Shown here: positions 1 through 19,511 of the stretch, in pieces
How positions within the stretch are numbered: the first letter of the stretch is position 1
Layout of the letters: the number at the start of each line of letters is the position of its first letter
DNA from: the human T2T-CHM13v2.0 reference genome, Homo sapiens
Strand: one strand, 5' to 3'
NCBI RefSeq assembly: GCF_009914755.1
Contig: NC_060948.1
DNA: 64,000 nucleotides
The notes under the pieces: model-generated
Told to the model about the DNA's origin: nothing
The model's input: only the letters and a program-made list of their open reading frames with translations
Database searches by the model: none
Program-made: the position numbers and the translations under genes

Positions 1-166
1 ACTACACCACACTGGGACTACACCAGCTGCCACCATGCCTAGCTAATTTTTTGGATTTTTAGTAGTGACAGCCTTTCACTGCATTGGCCAGGATGGTCTT
101 GATCTCTTCACCTTGTGATCCCCTTGCCTTGGCCTCCAAATTTGCTGGGATTACAGGCCTGAGCCA
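1..166 (-). mobile_element. AluY-like fragment (U1, cut by window edge)
   Basis: ctaatttttt..tttttagtag middle A-rich linker and ..gctgggattacaggcctgagcca left-arm end, in antisense. Confidence 0.9.
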
Positions 167-735
167 AGATCCATATTTTTTAAATGAAAAAAAATTTCAA
201 AGGTACTCTGCTTGGTACAATAATCAAATGTATAAACTGAGGAATAAAACATAACCATGAAACCTACTTATAACTGCATATGGAAAATACAGAGGATAAT
301 TTTTTAAATAACATATTTTGAAAGCCTTAACTAGTAATTTGAAGAGTTGGCATTTGAAAGGCCAGTATGAATATACCTTCAAAGCAGCAACACAGGTTCC
401 CCATGAGAAAAAGCAAACACAGGGAAAATAAAAACACAAAGGTTCAATCTCTTCTGACCTTTGAAAGACACAGCACAGACAGTGGTCCTTAGGACGAAGA
501 GCAGGAGACCCCTAATTCCGTCACCATGGCGATAGGGCATAAACATTGCTGGGTGAGGGCACAATCCACATTGTGAGGTCCAACTGCTGCCAGGAAGACA
601 GGAGTGCTTTTACATAGACCGAAAGGTCATTGAAGGCTCAGAGTTTTGTTTCAAGAACTGAATCCCAAGCCCACACGTTATTAGGCTGCGCTTCTTAAAA
701 CAAGTTATGAGATGGGAAAAAGGGCACCCACAAAC
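167..735. repeat. HSATI-like non-Alu, moderately GC segment of the unit (copy 1; recurs at +167..+735 from each unit offset, 27 copies)
   Basis: Complex sequence from agatccatattttt to gggcacccacaaac between the Alu end and the AT-rich tract. The HSATI name comes from the known DYZ2 composition, not from an alignment; boundaries approximate. Confidence 0.7.
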
Positions 736-2294
736 ATACGTATACATTATGTATATAATAATATACAGTATCATATATATAATATATATAACCTATGTAT
801 AATATTGTTTTACATCCTGCATCTTATGTTATATATATTGTATAAAATATAATAATTGATAATATATAAGATTTATATTTATACAATATGACATATAGTA
901 TATATTATAATTTATGACATATATAATATATGTTATATATCATATATAGAATATATTATACGGTTAATATACGTATTAAATATAAATTATACATTATATA
1001 TATTATATATAATATATCTGTTATATATAATACCCATTATGCATAATATATATATTATGTCTATGTTATATATAGTATAAAACAACATATAATAATATAT
1101 AATTGTATATATAAAATGCGACATATAATATATATTATATTTTATGACATATGTAATATATATTATATATTATATATAATACGTTGTATGTATAATACCT
1201 ATATTAAATATATATTATATGACTATGTTATTAATTACATGTCACATGTGTTATATATTATTTATTTTACATAGAATATACTGGTTACATACAATATATA
1301 CTATGTTACCTATAATGTATAATTTATTACATGTAAAATAAAGAATGCAATATATTATGTATAATTTATAATATACCATATGTGCAATGTGATATATATA
1401 ACATATAATATATGATATATGATATACAGTATATGATATATAACATACAATATATGATTCCTAATACATATGGTATACAATATATATTTTATGATATGTA
1501 TTCTATATGTTTTATATTCTGTTATATATAACTATTTGAAATTATATATAAGTGTATAATATTTTATGTAAATATGTAATATAATATATATAACTATATA
1601 ATATATTATATATACCTATATATTATGTTATATATACTTTTATAACATAATTTACATAAAATATCATAATATAATATATATTATATTATTTCATATTACA
1701 TAATATATATTACATATCACCCAATATAACTAACATACATGATATTATTATATAGATTATATTGTGTTATATTAAATATCATATATATCATGTATCATAT
1801 ATTCTATAATATATATTACACATTATATAATATGTATGTTGTCTATTATGTGATATATATAACTATATATATAATTATATTTTTATACATATAACTAGAT
1901 AAACATGTAATTCTACATATTTTCATTTATAATATGTAGAATTATATAATCATATATAATTATTTATATTCTATAAAAAATTTTATCATTCTATAAATTA
2001 TAATATATAAAAATTATAATATGTACTACAAATATATATATTATATATCATATATGATATAGTACCTTTGTTATATATCATAATACATATAAATGTGTAT
2101 TATGTTATCTATAATTATATAATTTCATATATAAGATGTATAATATGTATCATATATTATATATGTTATGTAATATATATAGTATATATAACATGACACA
2201 GGATAAATATTATATACTATGACATATAAAATATATGAGGTTATATGTTACATATAAGGCATAGCACATAACATGTAATATATATCATATATAA
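736..2294. repeat. AT-rich degenerate (TA)n low-complexity tract of the unit (copy 1; recurs in every unit)
   Basis: About 1.56 kb dominated by tata/atat/taat words with sparse G/C; abuts the 9-T Alu tail. The unit length differences I traced all fall in this tract. Confidence 0.9.
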
Positions 2295-2586
<292 letters not shown>

Positions 2587-4691
2587 AGATCCATATTTTT
2601 TAAATGAAAAAAAATTTCAAAGGTACTCTGCTTGGTACAATAATCAAATGTATAAACTGAGGAATAAAACATAACCATGAAACCTACTTATAACTGCATA
2701 TGGAAAATACAGAGGATAATTTTTTAAATAACATATTTTGAAAGCCTTAACTAGTAATTTGAAGAGTTGGCATTTGAAAGGCCAGTATGAATATACCTTC
2801 AAAGCAGCAACACAGGTTCCCCGTGAGAAAAAGCAAACTCAGGGAAAATAAAAACACAAAAGTTCAATCTCTTCTGACCTTTGAAAGACACAGCACAGAC
2901 AGTGGTCCTTAGGACGAAGAGCAGGAGACCCCTAATTCCGTCACCATGGCGATAGGGCATAAACATTGCTGGGTGAGGGCACAATCCACATTGTGAGGTC
3001 CAACTGCTGCCAGGAAGACAGGAGTGCTTTTACATAGACCGAAAGGTCATTGAAGGCTCAGAGTTTTGTTTCAAGAACTGAATCCCAAGCCCACACGTTA
3101 TTAGGCTGCGCTTCTTAAAACAAGTTATGAGATGGGAAAAAGGGCACCCACAAACATATGTATACATTATGTATATAATAATATACAGTGTCATATATAT
3201 AATATATATAACCTATGTATAATATTGTTTTACATCCTGCATCTTATGTTATATATATTGTATAAAATATAATAATTGATAATATATAAGTTTTATAATT
3301 ATACAATATGACATATAGTATATATTATAATTTATGACATATATAATATATGTTATATATCATATATAGAATATATTCTATGGTTAATGTACGTATTAAA
3401 TATAAATTATACATTATATATATTATATATAATATATCTGTTATATATAATACCCATTATGCATAATATATATATTATGTCTATGTTATATATAGTATAA
3501 AACAACATATAATAATATATAATTGTATATATAAAATGCAACATATAATATATATTATATTTTATAACATATGTAATATATATTATATATTATATATAAT
3601 ACGTTGTATGTATAATACCTATATTAAATATATATTATATGACTATGTTATTAATTACATGTCACATGTGTTATATATTATATATTTTACGTAGAATATA
3701 CCGGTTACATACAATATATACTATGTTACCTATAATGTATAATTTATTACATGTAAAATAAAGAATGCAATATATTATGTATAATTTATAATATACCATA
3801 TGTGGAATGTGATATATATAACATATAATATATGATATATGATATACAGTATTTGATATATAACATACAATATATGATTCCTAATATATATGGTATACAA
3901 TATATATTTTATGATATGTATTCTATATGTTTTATATTCTGTTATATATAACTATTTGAAATTATATATAACTGTATAATATTTTATGTAAATATGTAAT
4001 ATAATATATATAACTATATAATATACTATATATAACTATATATTATGTTATATATACTTTTATAACATAATTTACATAAAATATCATAATATAATATATA
4101 TTATATTATTTCATATTACATAATATATATTACATATCACCCAATATAACTAACATACATAATATTATAATATAGATTATATTGTGTTATATTAAATATC
4201 ATATATATCATGTATCATATATTCTATAATATATATTACACATTATATAATATGTATGTTGTCTATTATGTGATATATATAACTCTATATATAATTATAT
4301 TTTTATACATATAACTAGATAAACATGTAATTCTACATATTTTCATTTATAATATGTAGAATTATATAATCATATATAATTATTTATATTCTATAAAAAA
4401 TTTTATCATTCTGTAAATTATATTATATAAAAATTATAATATGTACTACAAATATATATATTATATATCATATATGATATAGTACCTTTGTTATATATCA
4501 TAATACATATAAATGTGTATTATGTTATCTATAATTATATAATTTCATATATAAGATGTATAATATGTATCATATATTATATATGTTATGTAATATATAT
4601 AGTATATATAAGATGACACAGGATAAATATTATATACTATGACATATAAAATATATGAGGTTATATGTTACATATAAGGCATAGCACATAA

Positions 4692-5006
<315 letters not shown>

Positions 5007-7111
5007 AGATCCATATTTTTTAAATGAAAAAAAATTTCAAAGGTACTCTGCTTGGTACAATAATCAAATGTATAAACTGAGGAATAAAACATAACCATGA
5101 AACATACATATAACTGCATATGGAAAATACAGAGGATAATTTTTTAAATAACATATTTTGAAAGCCTTAACTAGTAATTTGAAAAGTTGGCATTTGAAAG
5201 GCCAGTATGAATATACCTTCAAAGCAGCAACACAGGTTCCCCATGAGAAAAAGCAAACACAGGGAAAATAAAAACACAAAGGTTCAATCTCTTCTGACCT
5301 TTGAAAGACACAGCACAGACAGTGGTCCTTAGGACGAAGAGCAGGAGACCCCTAATTCCGTCACCATGGCGATAGGGCATAAACATTGCTGGGTGAGGGC
5401 ACAATCCACATTGTGAGGTCCAAGTGCTGCCAGGAAGACAGGAGTGCTTTTACATAGACCGAAAGGTCATTGAAGGCTCAGAGTTTTGTTTCAAGAACTG
5501 AATCCCAAGCCCACACGTTATTAGGCTGCGCTTCTTAAAACAAGTTATGAGATGGGAAAAAGGGCACCCACAAACACACGTATACATTATGTATATAATA
5601 ATATACAGTATCATATATATAATATATATAACCTATGTATAATATTGTTTTACATCCTGCATCTTATGTTATATATATTGTATAAAATATAATAATTGAT
5701 AATATATAAGTTTTATAATTATACAATATGACATATAGTATATATTATAATTTATGACATATATAATATATGTTATATATCATATATAGAATATATTATA
5801 CGGTTAATGTACGTATTAAATATAAATTATACATTATATATATTATATATAATATATCTGTTATATATAATACCCATTATGCATAATATATATATTATGT
5901 CTATGTTATATATAGTATAAAACAACATATAATAATATATAATTGTATATATAAAATGCGACATATAATATATATTATATTTTATAACATATGTAATATA
6001 TATTATATATTATATATAATACGTTGTATGTATAATACCTATATTAAATATATATTATATGACTATGTTATTAATTACATGTCACATGTGTTATATATTA
6101 TACATTTTACATAGAATATACCGGTTACATACAATATATACTGTGTTACCTATAATGTATAATTTATTACATGTAAAATAAAGAATGCAATATATTATGT
6201 ATAATTTATAATATACCATATGTGGAATGTGATATATATAACATATAATATATGATATATGATATACAGTATTTGATATATAACATACAATATATGATTC
6301 CTAATATATATGGTATACAATATATATTTTATGATATGTGTTCTATATGTTTTATATTCTGTTATATATAACTATTTGAAATTATATATAACTGTATAAT
6401 ATTTTATGTAAATATGTAATATAATATATATAACTATATAATATACTATATATAACTATATATTATGTTATATATACTTTTATAACATAATTTACATAAA
6501 ATATCATAATATAATATATATTATATTATTTCATATTACATAATATATATTACATATCACCCAATATAACTAACATACATAATATTATAATATAGATTAT
6601 ATTGTGTTATATTAAATATCATATATATCATGTATCATATATTCTATAATATATATTACACATTATATAATATGTATGTTGTCTATTATGTGATATATAT
6701 AACTCTATATATAATTATATTTTTATACATATAACTAGATAAACATGTAATTCTACATATTTTCATTTATAATATGTAGAATTATATAATCATATATAAT
6801 TATTTATATTCTATAAAAAATTTTATCATTCTATAAATTATAATATATAAAAATTATAATATGTACTACAAATATATATATTATATATCATATATGATAT
6901 AGTACCTTTGTTATATATCATAATACATATAAATGTGTATTATGTTATCTATAATTATATAATTTCATATATAAGATGTATAATATGTATCATATATTAT
7001 ATATGTTATGTAATATATATAGTATATATAAGATGACACAGGATAAATATTATATACTATGACATATAAAATATATGAGGTTATATGTTACATATAAGGC
7101 ATAGCACATAA

Positions 7112-7426
<315 letters not shown>

Positions 7427-9529
7427 AGATCCATATTTTTTAAATGAAAAAAAATTTCAAAGGTACTCTGCTTGGTACAATAATCAAATGTATAAACTGA
7501 GGAATAAAACATAACCATGAAACCTACTTATAACTGCATATGGAAAATACAGAGGATAATTTTTTAAATAACATATTTTGAAAGCCTTAACTAGTAATTT
7601 GAAGAGTTGGCATTTGAAAGGCCAGTATGAATATACCTTCAAAGCAGCAACACAGGTTCCCCATGAGAAAAAGCAAACACAGGGAAAATAAAAACACAAA
7701 GGTTCAATCTCTTCTGACCTTTGAAAGACACAGCACAGACAGTGGTCCTTAGGACGAAGAGCAGGAGACACCTAATTCCGTCACCATGGCGATAGGGCAT
7801 AAACATTGCTGGGTGAGGGCACAATCCACATTGTGAGGTCCAACTGCTGCCAGGAAGACAGGAGTGCTTTTACATAGACCGAAAGGTCATTGAAGGCTCA
7901 GAGTTTTGTTTCAAGAACTGAATCCCAAGCCCACACGTTATTAGGCTGCGCTTCTTAAAACAAGTTATGAGATGGGAAAAAGGGCACCCACAAACATACG
8001 TATACATTATGTATATAATAATATACAGTATCATATATATAATATATATAACCTATGTATAATATTGTTTTACATCCTGCATCTTATGTTATATATATTG
8101 TATAAAATATAATAATTGATAATATATGTTTTATAATTATACAATATGACATATAGTATATATTATAATTTATGACATATATAATATATGTTATATGTCA
8201 TATATAGAATATATTATACGGTTAATGTACGTATTAAATATAAATTATACATTATATATATTATATATAATATATCTGTTATATATAATACCCATTATGC
8301 ATAATATATATATTATGTCTATGTTATATATAGTATAAAACAACATATAATAATATATAATTGTATATATAAAATGCGACATATAATATATATTATATTT
8401 TATAACATATGTAATATATATTATATATTATATATAATACGTTGTATGTATAATACCTATATTAAATATATATTATATGACTATGTTATTAATTACATGT
8501 CACATGTGTTATATATTATATATTTTCCATAGAATATACCGGTTACATACAATATATACTATGTTACCTGTAATGTATAATTTATTACATGTAAAATAAA
8601 GAATGCAATATATTATGTATAATTTATAATATACCATATGTGGAATGTGATATATATAACATATAATATATGATATATGATATACAGTATTTGATATATA
8701 ACATACAATATATGATTCCTAATATATATGGTATACAATATATATTTTATGATATGTATTCTATATGTTTTATATTCTGTTATATATAACTATTTGAAAT
8801 TATATATAACTGTATAATATTTTATGTAAATATGTAATATAATATATATAACTATATAATATACTATATATAACTATATATTATGTTATATATACTTTTA
8901 TAACATAACTTACATAAAATATCATAATATAATATATATTATATTATTTCATATTACATAATATATATTACATATCACCCAATATAACTAACATACATAA
9001 TATTATAATATAGATTATATTGTGTTATATTAAATATCATATATATCATGTATCATATATTCTATAATATATATTACACATTATATAATATGTATGTTGT
9101 CTATTATGTGATATATATAACTCTATACATAATTATATTATTATACATATAACTAGATAAACATGTAATTCTACATATTTTCATTTATAATATGTAGAAT
9201 TATATAATCATATATAATTATTTATATTCTATAAAAAATTTTATCATTATATAAATTATAATATATAAAAATTATAATATGTACTACAAATATATATATT
9301 ATATATCATATATGATATAGTACCTTTGTTATATATCATAATACATATAAATGTGTATTATGTTATCTATAATTATATAATTTCATATATAAGATGTATA
9401 ATATGTATCATATATTATATATGTTATGTAATATATATAGTATATATAAGATGACACAGGATAAATATTATATACTATGACATATAAAATATATGAGGTT
9501 ATATGTTACATATAAGGCATAGCACATAA

Positions 9530-9844
<315 letters not shown>

Positions 9845-11947
9845 AGATCCATATTTTTTAAATGAAAAAAGATTTCAAAGGTACTCTGCTTGGTACAATA
9901 ATCAAATGTATAAACTGAGGAATAAAACATAACCATGAAACCAACTTATAACTGCATATGGAAAATACAGAGGATAATTTTTTAAATAACATATTTTGAA
10001 AGCCTTAACTAGTAATTTGAAGAGTTGGCATTTGAAAGGCCAGTATGAATATACCTTCAAAGCAGCAACACAGGTTCCCCATGAGAAAAAGCAAACACAG
10101 GGAAAATAAAAACACAAAGGTTCAATCTCTTCTGACCTTTGAAAGACACAGCACAGACAGTGGTCCTTAGGACGAAGAGCAGGAGACCCCTAATTCCGTC
10201 ACCATGGCGATAGGGCATAAACATTGCTGGGTGAGGGCACAATCCACATTGTGAGGTCCAACTGCTGCCAGGAAGACAGGAGTGCTTTTACATAGACCGA
10301 AAGGTCATTGAAGGCTCAGAGTTTTGTTTCAAGAACTGAATCCCAAGCCCACACGTTATTAGGCTGCGCTTCTTAAAACAAGTTATGAGATGGGAAAAAG
10401 GGCACCCACAAACATACGTATACATTATGTATATAATAATATACAATATCATATATATAATATATATAACCTATGTATAATATTGTTTTACATCCTGCAT
10501 CTTATGTTATATATATTGTATAAAATATAATAATTGATAATATATAAGTTTTATAAATATACAATATGACATATAGTATATATTATAATTTATGACATAT
10601 ATAATATATGTCATATATCATATATAGAATATATTATACGGTTAATGTACGTATTAAATATAAATTATACGTTATATATATTATATATAATATATCTGTT
10701 ATATATAATACCCATTAGGCATAATATATATATTATGTCTATGTTATATATAGTATAAAACAACATATAATAATATATAATTGTATATATAAATGCGACA
10801 TATAATATATATTATATTTTATAACATATGTAATATATATTATATATTATATATAATACGATGTATGTATAATACCTATATTAAATATATATTATATGAC
10901 TATGTTATTAATTACATGTCACATGTGTTATATATTATATATTTTACATAGAATATACCGGTTACATACAATATATACTATGTTACCTATAATGTATAAT
11001 TTATTACATGTAAAATAAAGAATGCAATATATTATGTATAATTTATAATATACGATATGTGGAATGTGATATATATAACATATAATATATGATATATGAT
11101 ATACAGTATATGATATATAACATACAATATATGATTCCTAATATATATGGTATACAATATATATTTTATGATATGTATTCTATATGTTTTATATTCTGTT
11201 ATATATAACTATTTGAAATTATATATAACTGTATAATATTTTATGTAAATATGTAATATAATATATATAACTATATAATATATATATATAACTATATATT
11301 ATGTTATATATACTTTTATAACATAATTTACATAAAATATCATAATATAATATATATTATATTATTTCATATTACATAATATATATTACATATCACCCAA
11401 TATAACTAACATACATAATATTATAATATAGATTATATTGTGTTATATTAAATATCATATATATCATGTATCATATATTCTATAATATATATTACACATT
11501 ATATAATATGTATGTTGTCTATTATGTGATATATATAACTCTATATATAATTATATTTTTATACATATAACTAGATAAACATGTAATTCTACATATTTTC
11601 ATTTATAATATGTAGAATTATATAATCATATATAATTATTTATATTCTATAAAAAATTTTATCATTATATAAATTATAATATATAAAAATTATAATATGT
11701 TCTACAAATATATATATTATATATCATATATGATATAGTACCTTTGTTATATATCATAATACATATAAATGTGTATTATATTATCTATAATTATATAATT
11801 TCATATATAAGATGTATAATATGTATCATATATTATATATGTTATGTAATATATATAGTATATATAAGATGACACAGGATAAATATTATATACTATGACA
11901 TATAAAATATATGAGGTTATATGTTACATATAAGGCATAGCACATAA

Positions 11948-12262
<315 letters not shown>

Positions 12263-14365
12263 AGATCCATATTTTTTAAATGAAAAAAAATTTCAAAGGT
12301 ACTCTGCTTGGTACAATAATCAAATGTATAAACTGAGGAATAAAACATAACCATGAAACCTACTTATAACTGCATATGGAAAATACAGAGGATAATTTTT
12401 TAAATAACATATTTTGAAAGCCTTAACTAGTAATTTGAAGAGTTGGCATTTGAAAGGCCAGTATGAATATACCTTCAAAGCAGCAACACAGGTTCCCCAT
12501 GAGAAAAAGCAAACACAGGGAAAATAAAAACACAAAGGTTCAATCTCTTCTGACCTTTGAAAGACACAGCACAGACAGTGGTCCTTAGGACGAAGAGCAG
12601 GAGACCCCTAATTCCGTCACCATGGCGATAGGGCATAAACATTGCTGGGTGAGGGCACAATCCACATTGTGAGGTCCAACTGCTGCCAGGAAGACAGGAG
12701 TGCTTTTACATATACCGAAAGGTCATTGAAGGCTCAGAGTTTTGTTTCAAGAACTGAATCCCAAGCCCACACGTTATTAGGCTGCGCTTCTTAAAACAAG
12801 TTATGAGATGGGAAAAAGGGCACCCACAAACATACGTATACATTATGTATATAATAATATACAGTATCATATATATAATATATATAACCTATGTATAATA
12901 TTGTTTTACATCCTGCATCTTATGTTATATATATTGTATAAAATATAATAATTGATAATATATGTTTTATAATTATACAATATGACATATAGTATATATT
13001 ATAATTTATGACATATATAATATATGTTATATGTCATATATAGAATATATTATACGGTTAATGTACGTATTAAATATAAATTATACATTATATATATTAT
13101 ATATAATATATCTGTTATATATAATACCCATTATGCATAATATATATATTATGTCTATGTTATATATAGTATAAAACAACATATAATAATATATAATTGT
13201 ATATATAAAATGCGACATATAATATATATTATATTTTATAACATATGTAATATATATTATATATTATATATAATACGTTGTATGTATAATACCTATATTA
13301 AATATATATTATATGACTATGTTATTAATTACATGTCACATGTGTTATATATTATATATTTTCCATAGAATATACCGGTTACATACAATATATACTATGT
13401 TACCTGTAATGTATAATTTATTACATGTAAAATAAAGAATGCAATATATTATGTATAATTTATAATATACCATATGTGGAATGTGATATATATAACATAT
13501 AATATATGATATATGATATACAGTATTTGATATATAACATACAATATATGATTCCTAATATATATGGTATACAATATATATTTTATGATATGTATTCTAT
13601 ATGTTTTATATTCTGTTATATATAACTATTTGAAATTATATATAACTGTATAATATTTTATGTAAATATGTAATATAATATATATAACTATATAATATAC
13701 TATATATAACTATATATTATGTTATATATACTTTTATAACATAACTTACATAAAATATCATAATATAATATATATTATATTATTTCATATTACATAATAT
13801 ATATTACATATCACCCAATATAACTAACATACATAATATTATAATATAGATTATATTGTGTTATATTAAATATCATATATATCATGTATCATATATTCTA
13901 TAATATATATTACACATTATATAATATGTATGTTGTCTATTATGTGATATATATAACTCTATATATAATTATATTATTATACATATAACTAGATAAACAT
14001 GTAATTCTACATATTTTCATTTATAATATGTAGAATTATATAATCATATATAATTATTTATATTCTATAAAAAATTTTATCATTATATAAATTATAATAT
14101 ATAAAAATTATAATATGTACTACAAATATATATATTATATATCATATATGATATAGTACCTTTGTTATATATCATAATACATATAAATGTGTATTATGTT
14201 ATCTATAATTATATAATTTCATATATAAGATGTATAATATGTATCATATATTATATATGTTATGTAATATATATAGTATATATAAGATGACACAGGATAA
14301 ATATTATATACTATGACATATAAAATATATGAGGTTATATGTTACATATAAGGCATAGCACATAA

Positions 14366-14680
<315 letters not shown>

Positions 14681-16784
14681 AGATCCATATTTTTTAAATG
14701 AAAAAAAATTTCAAAGGTACTCTGCTTGGTACAATAATCAAATGTATAAACTGAGGAATAAAACATAACCATGAAACCAACTTATAACTGCATATGGAAA
14801 ATACAGAGGATAATTTTTTAAATAACATATTTTGAAAGCCTTAACTAGTAATTTGAAGAGTTGGCATTTGAAAGGCCAGTATGAATATACCTTCAAAGCA
14901 GCAACACAGGTTCCCCATGAGAAAAAGCAAACACAGGGAAAATAAAAACACAAAGGTTCAATCTCTTCTGACCTTTGAAAGACACAGCACAGACAGTGGT
15001 CCTTAGGACGAAGAGCAGGAGACCCCTAATTCCGTCACCATGGCGATAGGGCATAAACATTGCTGGGTGAGGGCACAATCCACATTGTGAGGTCCAACTG
15101 CTGCCAGGAAGACAGGAGTGCTTTTACATAGACCGAAAGGTCATTGAAGGCTCAGAGTTTTGTTTCAAGAACTGAATCCCAAGCCCACACATTATTAGGC
15201 TGCGCTTCTTAAAACAAGTTATGAGATGGGAAAAAGGGCACCCACAAACATACGTATACATTATGTATATAATAATATACAGTATCATATATATAATATA
15301 TATAACCTATGTATAATATTGTTTTACATCCTGCATCTTATGTTATATATATTGTATAAAATATAATAATTGATAATATATAAGTTTTATAAATATACAA
15401 TATGACATATAGTATATATTATAATTTATGACATATATAATATATGTCATATATCATATATAGAATATATTATACGGTTAATGTACGTATTAAATATAAA
15501 TTATACGTTATATATATTATATATAATATATCTGTTATATATAATACCCATTAGGCATAATATATATATTATGTCTATGTTATATATAGTATAAAACAAC
15601 ATATAATAATATATAATTGTATATATAAATGCGACATATAATATATATTATATTTTATAACATATGTAATATATATTATATATTATATATAATACGATGT
15701 ATGTATAATACCTATATTAAATATATATTATAGGACTATGTTATTAATTACATGTCACATGTGTTATATATTATATATTTTACATAGAATATACCGGTTA
15801 CATACAATATATACTATGTTACCTATAATGTATAATTTATTACATGTAAAATAAAGAATGCAATATATTATGTATAATTTATAATATACGATATGTGGAA
15901 TGTGATATATATAACATATAATATATGATATATGATATACAGTATATGATATATAACATACAATATATGATTCCTAATATATATGGTATACAATATATAT
16001 TTTATGATATGTATTCTATATGTTTTATATTCTGTTATATATAACTATTTGAAATTATATATAACTGTATAATATTTTATGTAAATATGTAATATAATAT
16101 ATATAACTATATAATATAGTATATATAACTATATATTATGTTATATATACTTTTATAACATAATTTACATAAAATATCATAATATAATATATATTATATT
16201 ATTTCATATTACATAATATATATTACATATCACCCAATATAACTAACATACATAATATTATAATATAGATTATATTGTGTTATATTAAATATCATATATA
16301 TCATGTATCATATATTCTATAATATATATTACACATTATATAATATGTATGTTGTCTATTATGTGATATATATAACTCTATATATAATTATATTTTTATA
16401 CATATAACTAGATAAACATGTAATTCTACATATTTTCATTTATAATATGTAGAATTATATAATCATATATAATTATTTATATTCTATAAAAAATTTTATC
16501 ATTATATAAATTATAATATATAAAAATTATAATATGTACTACAAATATATATATTATATATCATATATGATATAGTACCTTTGTTATATATCATAATACA
16601 TATAAATGTGTATTATGTTATCTATAATTATATAATTTCATATATAAGATGTATAATATGTATCATATATTATATATGTTATGTAATATATATAGTATAT
16701 ATAAGATGACACAGGATAAATATTATATACTATGACATATAAAATATATGAGGTTATATGTTACATATAAGGCATAGCACATAA

Positions 16785-17099
<315 letters not shown>

Positions 17100-19196
17100 A
17101 GATCCATATTTTTTAAATGAAAAAAAATTTCAAAGGTACTCTGCTTGGTACAATAATCAAATGTATAAACTGAGGAATAAAACATAACCATGAAACATAC
17201 ATATAACTGCATATGGAAAATACAGAGGATAATTTTTTAAATAACATATTTTGAAAGCCTTAACTAGTAATTTGAAGAGTTGGCATTTGAAAGGCCAGTA
17301 TGAATATACCTTCAAAGCAGCAACACAGGTTCCCCATGAGAAAAAGCAAACACAGGGAAAATAAAACCACAAAGGTTCAATCTCTTCTGACCTTTGAAAG
17401 ACACAGCACAGACAGTGGTCCTTAGGACGAAGAGCAGGAGACCCCTAATTCCGTCACCATGGCGATAGGGCATAAACATTGCTGGGTGAGGGCACAATCC
17501 ACATTGTGAGGTCCAACTGCTGCCAGGAAGACAGGAGTGCTTTTACATAGACCGAAAGGTCATTGAAGGCTCAGAGTTTTGTTTCAAGAACTGAATCCCA
17601 AGCCCACACGTTATTAGGCTGCGCTTCTTAAAACAAGTTATGAGATGGGAAAAAGGGCACCCACAAACATACGTATACATTATGTATATAATAATATACA
17701 GTGTCATATATATAATATATATAACCTATGTATAATATTGTTTTACATCCTGCATCTTATGTTATATATATTGTATAAAATATAATAATTGATAATATAT
17801 AAGTTTTATAATTATACAATATGACATATAGTATATATTATAATTTATGACATATATAATATATGTTATATGTCATATATAGAATATATTATACGGTTAA
17901 TATACGTATTAAATATAAATTATACATTATATATATTATATATAATATATCTGTTATATATAATACCCATTATGCATAATATATATATTATGTCTATGTT
18001 ATATATAGTATAAAACAACATATAATAATATATAATTGTATATATAAAATGCGACATATAATATATATTATATTTTATAACATATGTAATATATATTATA
18101 TATAATACGTTGTATGTATAATACCTATATTAAATATATATTATATGACTATGTTATTAATTACATGTCACATGTGTTATATATTATATATTTTACATAG
18201 AATATACCGGTTACATACAATATATACTATGTTACCTATAATGTATAATTTATTACATGTAAAATAAAGAATGCAATATATTACGTATAATTTATAATAT
18301 ACCATATGTGGAATGTGATATATATAACATATAATATATGATATATGATATACAGTATATGATATATAACATACAATATATGATTCCTAATATATATGTA
18401 TACAATATATATTTTATGATATGTATTCTATATGTTTTATATTCTGTTATATATAACCATTTGAAATTATATATAACTGTATAATATTTTATGTAAATAT
18501 GTAATATAATATATATAACTATATAATATACTATATATAACTATATATTATGTTATATATACTTTTATAACATAATTTACATAAAATATCATAATATAAT
18601 ATATATTATATTATTTCATATTACATAATATATATTACATATCACCCAATATAACTAACATACATAATATTATAATATAGATTATATTCTGTTATATTAA
18701 ATATCATATATATCATGTATCATATACTCTATAATATATATTACACATTATATAATATGTATGTTGTCTATTATGTGATATATATAACTATACATATAAT
18801 TATATTTTTATACATATAACTAGATAAACATGTAATTCTACATATTTTCATTTATAATATGTAGAATTATATAATCATATATAATTATTTATATTCTATA
18901 AAAAATTTTAACATTCTATAAATTATAATATATAAAAATTATAATATGTACTACAAATATATATATTATATATCATATATGATATAGTACCTTTGTTATA
19001 TATCATAATACATATAAATGTGTATTATGTTATGTATAATTATATAATTTCATATATAAGATGTATAATATGTATCATATATTATATATGTTATGTAATA
19101 TATATAGTATATATAAGATGACACAGGATAAATATTATATACTATGACATATAAAATATATGAGGTTATATGTTACATATAAGGCATAGCACATAA

Positions 19197-19511
<315 letters not shown>

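Noticed and set aside
224-564. Recurrent 71-aa and 61-aa minus-strand ORFs in nearly every unit
   Set aside because: Short and overlapping, no recognisable domain, the 71-aa ORF starts at a non-ATG codon, and both are lost in some units. Their conservation merely reflects satellite identity.
526-576. Kozak-like gtcaccATGG opening a 16-aa ORF (MAIGHKHCWVRAQSTL)
   Set aside because: Too short, with no supporting promoter or transcript evidence; expected by chance.
736-2294. Numerous TATA-box and AATAAA-like motifs; resemblance to AT-rich organellar or protist DNA
   Set aside because: Expected from base composition; the Alu shows a primate nuclear origin.
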